Assembly (NCBI GenBank): GCA_965287045.1
Contig: OZ336886.1
Location: forward strand, 28,396,001 to 28,460,000
Source of the DNA: Carcharhinus amblyrhynchos
Lineage: Eukaryota
Direction: 5' to 3'
DNA: 64,000 nt
Under the pieces are notes generated by a model. That model did not search any database and was not told the origin of the DNA. It worked only from the letters and a program-made list of their open reading frames with translations. A program made the position numbers and the translations under genes. Below are positions 50,375 through 59,633 of this stretch, piece by piece. How positions within the stretch are numbered: the first letter of the stretch is position 1; every line of letters begins with the position of its first letter.

Positions 50375-50902
50375 TGAGCTGTCGTCTTGCCCAGCATCTG
50401 GTCCAGTTTAAGCACACACTAACGACATGAAGCACTAGGCCAATCTCGAACAACCAAGAGAAGCCCAAGTACGACCCATCGCGTGTACGCCCCTCGTTGG
50501 GCAACAAGGCGGACCGACTTAAAACCTGTGAATGAAAAAGAGAAAAAACATTATTATGCAGGTTTCAACTGCAAAATGATCAATTGGCACTTTCCAAAAT
50601 GATCATTCTGCACATGTGAATTTAGATAATGAATATCTGGAGGAGTGTTCAATTATGAGGTGCATCACAACCAAGACAGATCCTGTTCTCACCTAACAAT
50701 CACAGGCATGCATTTTTTCAAGCAGAGTTCTCTGGTTAGGAATCAGGAGTGTGAATTTAGGCAAATTTATTTTCCTCCTTCAATCTAACCTTTAAGCAAC
50801 AAAGTTGGTTGTGCTGCCTGATTTCCTGTTGCTGCTAACTCAGCCTGCAACAGGATGCAAGTTTGATATTCTGGTCTTTACATTAGCATTGCACCAGTTC
50901 TG

Positions 50903-51460
50903 TTTTGTTCATTCATGGGAGTGACACTGCAGGCTAAGCCAGCAATTTTGTCCATTTCTAATTGCCCTTGAGAAGGTGAAGATGAGCCATCTTCTTGAAC
51001 CACCAGGCACCATCTGGTGCAGATGCACCGATTAGGAATTAGGTTGCAGGATTTTTTTGCTATAAGACTGAAGGAGCAGCGACATTGTTCCAAATCAGGC
51101 TGGTGCGGGACTTGGAGGTGAACTTGCAGCCAACAGTTTTCCCTTGCTGCCCTTGTCCTCTTTTTGGCACAGGTTGTGAGTTTGGAAGATGCTGTTGAAG
51201 AAGGCTTGGCGAGTTGCCGCAGTGTATGTTGCAGATGGTATACATACATTTATGCAATTTTGCATTGGTGGAGTGAATGTTTAAGGTGGCGTAGGGGGTG
51301 CTAATCAAGAGGGGCACTTTTCCCAGGATGGTGTTGAGCTTCTTGAGCGTTACTGGAATTCCCCTCATCCAGGCAAGTGAAAAGTATTCCACTACACTCC
51401 TCACTTCCTCCTTGAAGGTAAAAGTTTTGGAGAATCAGGGAGTGAAGTGCTCACCACAGG
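50903..51460 (-). mobile_element. CR1/L2-group LINE 3' end (distinct family)
   Basis: ORF 51060-51404 reads VRSVVEYFSLAWMRGIPVTLKKLNTI. The 3' end reads caccttctcaagggcaattagaaatggacaaaattgctggc...cccatgaatgaa. Confidence 0.8.
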
Positions 51461-53074
51461 CTAGGGAACCAAAACATAATGGTAATGTCACTAGAGTGGT
51501 AATCCTGACACCTGGACCAATGCTCTAAAATTCAAACCCCACTATCTTTCTCACGTTTGGAATTAGGCAACAAAATATGATCAAAAATATTTAAGACAAA
51601 TGAATCACATTTTATCTAAATATCTGGTTTGATAGCAATAGTGGACGCCAACGTGATATGTTAGGTTTATTTTAGGTTTATTTGCATTGCATTTCCTCAG
51701 ACTACGTCAATAATGTATTTAACTATATGCTCAAATAAAGTTGCTGCATATTTATAAATATGGGATTATGCCTCATTGTGAAACCAAAACTAACTTGATG
51801 TGATTTAAAATGTAGATAGTTTCATAGGTATTTTGTAATGCTTTCTTGGCTTAAAGAAATCCAAGTGTGCATGGAGTGACATTGCCAAAAAACCATGAAT
51901 AAACAATGGCTGACTGTACTATATAGGTTTTTCAGATCTACAGCTAAGCGTTTAAGAAATTATTTTCTGCTGGAAGTTTACCAGCACATATTCCGAGGCA
52001 CTTCCAGCCCCTGGAGTGGGCTGGAAACGTCCCAGGCTTTCCGAGGACCTGCAATCTTGGAAGGAACCATTGGCTTCTCATGCTGACTTGGCAGAGTGCT
52101 GGTAACAAAGGGTGGACAGTGGAAAATCTGCACTTCCAGTGTGGGGGGAAGTTGCATTTTGAATGACAACTCAAAAGGTTACAAAAAGGGCAGGGAGGAA
52201 GCAGAAGTGCTCCCTTTTCTGACAGCATGTGATTCTTGGTAAAGTCGGAATTGCAAAGGAAGCGTGTCATTCAGTGGTATGAGGAGCAACCCTTTTGAAA
52301 TGAAACTATCTGTGCTGTATTTAAAAAGATGAAAAAGATAAAAAGGTGCCAACAGCCTCTGATATCAGAATATCTTTGAACCAGAAGTAGGAAATCGATT
52401 CAACAATTTGAAGACGCCTGCCAAGTGGCTTGGGCATCAGTTAGCAGCAACCAGCACTTTCACCTCAACCAACGGTATACTCACATACAGGATGTTGTCT
52501 CAGTTTCACAGACTTCTTTTCTCGTTCTGATGTTATTCACAAATATTGACTGTCTTGTGCTAATGAACCTTTCAGATTGCATGGTTTACAGTTGGGCCTA
52601 AAGGTTTCCACCTACAACCACCTCCTTGTTGCTTGTTCTTGCACCCTTGTTTGGGAGAGGCACAGTGACTAATAGCATGGAAAATACAAGACTCATGATT
52701 CAGTCAGCGCCTCACCATCTTCTTCCGTAAAGAAAGGCACACTGCTGATACAGAAGACAGTAAATTTGAGGGCATTAACCCTTAACCTGCAATCTGTGGG
52801 CCCCCACTCAGCTTAGAGCGGGACTTACAAGTGTCCAAACTGCATCTGCTTCCATGACCAGGAGGACAAGAGGTGTCAGGAGCGTCTGAAAGTGACCAGC
52901 TGGAATACCAACCTGACTGTCTTGCTCTCTCTCTCTGTCTCTCTCTGTCTCTCATCTCTCGCAGAGTCCTGAGAGATCGCGGGATGGAGCCAGCGTTTTC
53001 AGATGGGGAAAAATATTTTTTCAAAGTGTCTAAAGATTGCAATCCAGATTGCACTGCCAGGGCTCATGGAATTC

Positions 53075-53300
53075 AAATTTTTTGGGAAAGTTCTGCCCTA
53101 GAATTCTGTTCCTCAAAAGGCAGTTGAGGCTGAGTCTTTGAATGTCTTTAAGGCAAAAGTAGACAGATTCTTGGTAAGCAAGGGGTGAAAGGTTATTGGG
53201 GGCAGGCAGGAATGTGAAGTTGAGGTTAAAATGAAATCAACTATGATCTACTTAAAATGGCAGAATGGCTCGAGGGGCTGAATGGCCTACTCCTTTTCAT
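53075..53300 (+). mobile_element. CR1 3' end
   Basis: gaattctgttcctcaaaaggcagttgaggc...gaatggcctactcc. Confidence 0.8.
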
Positions 53301-53961
53301 GTGTCTGGATGTTACCAAGGAAGTAGAATCCTAACTTTTCCTCAGAACCTATTTTGCTAAGAGAGTTGGAACTCAAAGTCTCCAAGTTGGGGTCTTGGAG
53401 AGTTTCAGGCATCCAACAGACGTTGAAACTTCCTGGGCAATTCCCATACAGACTTCCGAGGAGTCCCCTGGTGTGTCTTCCTGGGTACCTCAGAGGAACA
53501 GAAGATCTGGGCCATTCTGTGTAATAAGAAATATGTTTAAATAGCAAAGGAAAACATTGGCTGAAGGGCCGGCTCCAAATCACCTTGAATCACAAGATCA
53601 AACTGAGCTGCAGATAAAATGCATGTAAAATGTTGCAATAATAGTAATTTGGAAAGTTTTGAATGATTGACAAACATGGTGGAACATACAGCTTTAAGAA
53701 TACCAGCCAGGACTTCCCCTGACCACATGTTTGTCACTCAGTGCTTTATGTCTATTTATACAGGCGTGCAGCAAAACTGTTGTGCAATTGATGCTCTGCA
53801 GTGTGACCTGGAAACCCCACTCTCAAAGTTTTCTGACCAGAAAATACTAAACCATGCATTATTGCAGCAATTTGACTTTTTCTCCTCACGTGTCCCCTTG
53901 CCTCATGCTCACTTGCACCAACAATACAATCTCCATGTCATTTTAGGTATTCCACCGAACA

Positions 53962-54352
53962 TGGGATCTCATCGAAACTTATAACATTCTAACAGGATTA
54001 GACAGGGTAGATTCAGAAAGAATGTCTCCAACGGTGGGGGAGTCCAGAACTAGGAGTCACAGTTTGAGGATAAGGGGTAAACCTTTTAGAGCTGAGGTGA
54101 GGAGAAATTTCTTCACCCAGAAAATGATGGATGTGTGGAATTCACTACCACAGAAAGCAGTTGAGGCCTAAACGTTGTCTGATTTCAATAATAAATTAGA
54201 TATAGCTCTTCGGGCTGAAGGGATCAAAGGATATGGGGGGAAAGGGGGATCAGGATATTGAATTTGATGATCAGCCATGATCAAAATGAAAGGCAGAGCA
54301 GGCTTGAAGGGCTGAATGGCCTACTTCTGCTTCTAGTTTCTATGTTTCCTAT
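53962..54352 (+). mobile_element. CR1 3' fragment
   Basis: gggatctcatcgaaacttataa...tagtttctatgtttcctatg. Confidence 0.92.
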
Positions 54353-54498
54353 GTCAATATGTTAATGATATGGAAAAGCACAAATTATTATTTTTCTGCT
54401 AAAATTTAAGTATGTACCCTGTTGTGTTAATTTATGGTCTCAAGAATTGACATGCCTTCCTAAAATCACTTTAAGTGCTAGTTGCCCTTCTTCAGATC

Positions 54499-54822
54499 CA
54501 TAGAATCATAGAATCCCTACAGTTCAGAAGGAGATCATTTGGCTCATCAAGACTGCACCAACAACAATCCCACCCAGGCCCTATCCCCATAACCCCACAT
54601 ATTTACCCTGCATTTATCAATAAGGGGCAATTGAGCATGGCCAATGCACCTACCTCGCGCATTTTTGGATTGTGGGAGGAAACTGGAGCACCCGGAAGAA
54701 AGCCATGCAGACACGGGGAGAACATGCAGACTCACCACAGAGAGAGATCCAAGGCTGGAATTGAACTCAGGTCTCCAGCCCTGCGCGGCAGCAGCGCTAA
54801 CTACTGTGCTAACATACCGCCC
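54499..54822 (-). mobile_element. HE1-type V-SINE
   Basis: Head, V-domain and tail. Confidence 0.9.
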
Positions 54823-55044
54823 AATTAAAGATAGAGGGAAAGTTGGATGAAATAATTCACATTCTTTCTATTTCATAAATGTCCTTTTTGTTAAAAGTGA
54901 CATGGTGAAAGCTTACTGGCGGGTCTCAAAGATTTTTATACAGATGAGTTAAAACAGATGAGTTAAATAATTTCTGTTCCCACCATTGACAAATTATTCA
55001 GAAATACGATTTCAATAGTTTTGTTAACGATGTGTGGTGATTGG

Positions 55045-55445
55045 TTGCATAGTGGTTATGTTACTGGACTAGTAAACCAGAGGGCTGGACTAATGTGGTG
55101 GAAACAAGAGCTCAAATCCCCCAACCACAGCTTTGGATTGATGACAATCTGGAAGAAAAAGCTGGTATCAGTAATGGTGATCATGAAACATGCTGAACTG
55201 TTGTTTAGAAAGGAAAGTCCTGGCTAGTTCTCTATATTTCCTCATGGAATAATATTATAATAGTATGTGGAATCTGATGTCCTTACCTAGTCTGGCTGAT
55301 ATATGATTCGAGACTAAAGCAATGTGGTTGATTCTGAATTTTCCCTCTGCAGTGACAGAGCTAGCCTCTCATTTAAGGGAAATTAGTGGTGGGCAATAAG
55401 TGCAGCCTTGTCTGTGATATCCTCATTCCGTGAATGAATAAAATT
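55045..55445 (+). mobile_element. tRNA-derived SINE, family B
   Basis: gcatagtggttatgttactggactagtaa...gggcaataagtgcagccttg...ccgtgaatgaataaaa. Confidence 0.78.
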
Positions 55446-55688
55446 AAAACTGCTCAACTTTTAATTACCCATCTTTTGATTCTTTGTGATTCAGTGTTCA
55501 TTCTCTATATAATTAATGTCCACTGCAAAACCTTTCTCATATCCAATTCTATAGTTAGACTTATGTAACTTGTGTAGGTCTGTGAACCTGGGGTTGAATT
55601 TTACAGGATGGGTACTGCTTACTCCTGCTCCAGAAGAAATGAGCTGACCGATGTTAAACAAAGCCCCCAGCAACCATAATATGCTCCA

Positions 55689-56448
55689 TTTGATTTGATT
55701 TGATTCAATTTGATTTGATTTATTATTGTCACATGTATTAGCATACAGTGAAAAATATAGTTTCTTGCACACTACACAGACAAAGCATACCGTTCATAGA
55801 GAAGGAAATGAGAGTGTGCAGAATGTAGTGTTGCAGTCATATCTAGGGTGTAGAGATAGATCAACTTAATGCAAGGTAGGTCCTTTCAAAAGTCTGACAC
55901 CAGCAGAGAAGAAGCTGATCTTGAGTCAGTTGGTACATGACCTCAGACTTTTGTATCTTTTTCCCAATGGAAGAAGGTGGAAGAGAGAATATCAGGGGTG
56001 CGTGAGGTCCTCAATTATGCTGGCTGCTTTGCCGAGGCAGCAGGAAGTATAGATAGAGTCATAGAAACCATAGAAACCCTTCAGTGCAGAAAGAGGCCCT
56101 TTGGCCCATCAAGTCTGCACAGACCACAATCTCACCCAGGCTCTACCCCCACATCCCTACACATTTACCCACTAATCCCTCTAACCTATGCATCCCAGAA
56201 CACTAAGGGGCAATTTTAGCATGGCCAATCAACCTAACCCACACATCTTTGCGTCAATGGATGGGAGGCTGGTTTGCGTAATGGATTGGGCTACATTCAC
56301 GGCCTTTTGTAGTTCCTTGTGGTCTTGGGCAGATCAGGAGCCATACCAACCTGTGATACAACCAGAAAGAATGCTTTCTATGATGCATCTGTATAAGTCG
56401 ATGAGAGTCATAGCTGACATGCCAAATTTCCTTAGTCTTCTGAGCAAG
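55689..56448 (-). mobile_element. Rex1/Babar-like LINE 3' part with a nested HE1 3' half (56059-56251)
   Basis: (aatca)n tail; colinear with 28470-29950. The host text gagtca|atggatgg is split by the SINE, with gtca on both sides. Confidence 0.85.
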
Positions 56449-56462
56449 TAATATGTGGCCTT

Positions 56463-58024
56463 AACCTCCAACTGCCAATTCCAATGAATCCTTTCCGTAA
56501 ACACAAATTACTGCAGATGCTGGAATCTGAAACAAAAATAGAAAAATGCTGGAAAATTCAGTGAGTCTGACAGCATCTGTGAGGAGAGAGCAGAGCCAAT
56601 ATGTCAAATCTAGATTCTTTGTCATTCTGTTTTCCATGATGTTTCTGCAGGATTCTTTCCAACTCACTGAAATAAGCTGTTGTCCAGTTGAATATTTACA
56701 CGTTTGATTTTTTTCTTGCCCTTTATCATAAATACTCCAAACTTAATGGGTGGGACTTTATGGCCCCTTTGTGGTGAGGGCAGAAACATAGACATAGAAA
56801 TATAGAAGGTAGGAGCAGGAGGAGAAAATCAACTTTAATAGCTCTTGTGCTGAAATTATTGTGGACATTGGGAAGGTCTCTGCAGTAATACAGAGCTCTT
56901 GCTTTTTTGGGGGAAAGGGAGGTGGGAATGGTAAAGGAGGTGAAGAATAGCACAGGAATCCCTATGAGCCTGCTCCATCATTCATCACGATAATGGCTGA
57001 TCATCCAATTCAATAGATTAATCTGCTTTCTCCCTATAACCCTTAAGAAGATGACGGTCGGATTTCCCTCCCCCACTCTGTGCCAGGGACAGTTCCTGGG
57101 CATTACTGGACGAAGTGCCTAGTCAGTACGCTGGAACAACCCAGACATGACCCTCTCCCTCCTGGGGCTGTACTCACCTGTGCTAATGGGCCCTGCTCTG
57201 CAGGTGCACATCGTAGGGTTCCTATCATGATTCAAGCTGGTGTGCTCTAATGCCAATTTAACATTGGGGAGGGGGGCACTTTGAGACATGAAGGCCTGGT
57301 AATGAGATTTAAATTGATGCAAATAGGGTTCCTGATTTTTAAAGTCAAGAATTCTGTTATGTTGTTGGCAGGAGTTGGGGAAAAGCTGCCAGTGTAAAAG
57401 CCATTTTGGGACTCCCATATTATTATCTGCCTCCTCTTCCATTCCCACCTTCCTTCCCCCCAGAAAAGTGAGATCAGGAGGTCCCCCCATGTATTATGTA
57501 GAGATCCTCCCAATGTCCACAATAAATTCAGCACAAGAGCTATTTAAGTAGATTTTCCGCAGTGGTTCCACTGTAGTTACACTGTCCATGCCCTTTGGAT
57601 TCCACAGTTCTCCTGTCAACAAGATTTTCCAGTTGCGCCTAAGTCAATGGACTTATTGTCAATTATGACAATTGGTTGCCATGTTTCCCTGGCCCTGCGC
57701 CCACCACGAAGAGGCCATAAAGTCCCACCCATTAAGTTTAGAGTATTTATGCTAAAGGACAAGAAGCAAATCAAACATGTAAATACTCAACTGGATAACA
57801 GCTTATTTCAGTGAGTTGGAAAGAATTTTGCAGAAAAGTGCTGGAAAACAGAATGACTAAAGGTCATCTACATTCGACACATTGGCTCTACTATCTCTCC
57901 ACAGATGTTGCCAGGCTCACTGAGATTTTCCAACATCTTCCTGTTTTTGTTTCAGATTCCAGCATCCACAGTATTTTGTGTTTATGGAAAGGATTCTGGT
58001 CCAGGTTCATTGCAATCGGAGGTT
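56463..58024. repeat. Long inverted duplication (fold-back)
   Basis: 56463-56782 pairs with 57695-58024, and 56823-56950 pairs with 57420-57558. ORFs 56461-56667(-) and 57811-58038(+) give near-identical MSWKE.CR...ENRMTK starts. Confidence 0.92.
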
Positions 58025-58762
58025 GGCAGATAAAATAGTAAATGAAACCTTGAAAGAACAGATAGTTCAGGTACAGACTAGACACGTTCCCAAGAGGGAG
58101 ACAGAAAGCACTTTCTAAGCCAGAGTTCCTTGGATGACTAAAGTTGGAGAGGAGGCTTATGATAAATGTTAAGTTCATAATTCACTAGAATACAAACATT
58201 ATAGGGGCAAACTATAAAAGCAAATAATAAGGACAGAAAGAAATTATATGTTAACAGATTAGCTTCAATATTATTGAAAACCGAAGTACTTCCATTCACC
58301 TTTTGAAAGTATAATGAACAGCAAGGGTTGTGGGAGAATCTGTAGCAAATCACATCTGAACTCTCTCTACAACAATGCATCACAATCTGGAGGACAAAAA
58401 CCTGATAAATTACCAAAGCCTTTGAGGTTTCTGAAGGAAATGCCTGATGATGGACCTAAAATGGAATTTTAGCTTGGAAGTTGACCACATAACTTGGAGG
58501 TCAGCCGTTGCACTGAATTGCTGGGAAAAGGCATTTAGCTGAAGGTCTCAGCTCATCACCCAGTCACCCAGAGTTTTAGCCATGAATTTTCCCAGATATT
58601 TTAGCTAAACAAAATTCTCAACTAAAGGCTATAAATGAAATAAAGCAATAAAACCTCCAGGTTGATTGCACCAAGAAGTGCTGCATTCATACTACATGCG
58701 TCCCTTACCAATATGAGAAGTCTATGCAAACCATATGAGTAACAGTTATTAGCACATAAAGA

Positions 58763-58799
58763 TCTTGGCCTTTTGGTTAAAGTCAAGTGTAGTATCTGT
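58763..58799 (+). pseudogene. U2 snRNA 5' fragment (about nt 7-43)
   Basis: tcttggccttttggttaaagtcaagtgtagtatctgt versus U2 TCTCGGCCTTTTGGCTAAGATCAAGTGTAGTATCTGT. Confidence 0.85.
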
Positions 58800-58800
58800 G

Positions 58801-59016
58801 ATAGCTTCTTGGTCTTGTGGCTAAGATCAAGCATCAGGGTCAAGTCCAAGATGAGGTATAATGCCTTACCTTGTCAGCTCAGATCTTGTTTGTCTCTCTT
58901 GTGGGGACCATGAATTGGATTCAATTTGAAGCTGTTTTTTTGGAGAAGGCAAGGAATGAATTGGGTCTGCTAGGTCCACTCTGAGCATTGGCTTTGTAAC
59001 TTTGAGAATGGAGTAC
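58801..59016 (+). pseudogene. Full-length divergent U2-snRNA-derived element
   Basis: atagcttcttggtcttgtggctaagatcaag matches U2 nt 1-31. After an insert of about 24 nt it is colinear with the rest of U2: cttgtcag, stem IIb gtctct..ggggac, Sm-like gtttttttggag, gtccactc..gcat, gaatggagtac. Confidence 0.75.
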
Positions 59017-59633
59017 AAATCTTAAAGAAAGGTGTTATCTGGTCCCATTTATTGGTGTTAAAAAAAAGTCTTGAGGAAACCCGAGATCAGTGTGGAGGCA
59101 TAAACATGGGAGACAAGAAAGCTTTCCTTTAGCGAGAGAGGCCATGCATCATAGATGCAGTGATAACACCAGGATTCCAGGTTTGATGGCAGAATATGGT
59201 GAAGCTTTCTGACTCCAGAATCGTCCTGAAAGGTTCATTGTGCAGGAATCCCTTGCTTTAAAGCTAAGCTTTTCAAATAGGAAGTTTTATATCTCTTAGG
59301 TTGATCAGTTTTACTTGTAGCAGTCACTGTTCATTGACTTAGGTTCCCTATGATCGGCAAGGAACTATACATAATAAATGTAGGCAACTATCTTAAGGTA
59401 CAGTGTAATTAAGCACGAACTAGAATACCAAGTGCTGGTAGAGAAAGATGTGCCAGAACTTTATAAGTCCCCAAGATTAGAGAAACATGAGAGTCAAACC
59501 AGCTCAAATATTGTGACTTGCTCAGATAATGGATTCAACTGGAACCAAAGGAGATGCTGTGAAAGCGAGTTCAACAACACAACACTTTAAAAACCAGAGA
59601 ATGTTTACAAGGAAGAGTGGCACTAACATGCTC

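Noticed and set aside
52920-52965. (CT)-rich tract ending in cgcag as a splice acceptor
   Set aside because: It is a simple microsatellite; the downstream ORF runs into a CR1 fragment and is unrecognisable.
2937-54850. Many short ORFs with CVEFA/LRGFP/HSPK or ETHADTGR motifs as a gene family
   Set aside because: They are translations of the V-SINE central domain.
58801-59016. Functional canonical U2 snRNA gene
   Set aside because: The branch-point recognition motif is altered, there are insertions, stem-loop IV is damaged, and another U2 fragment occupies the immediate upstream region.
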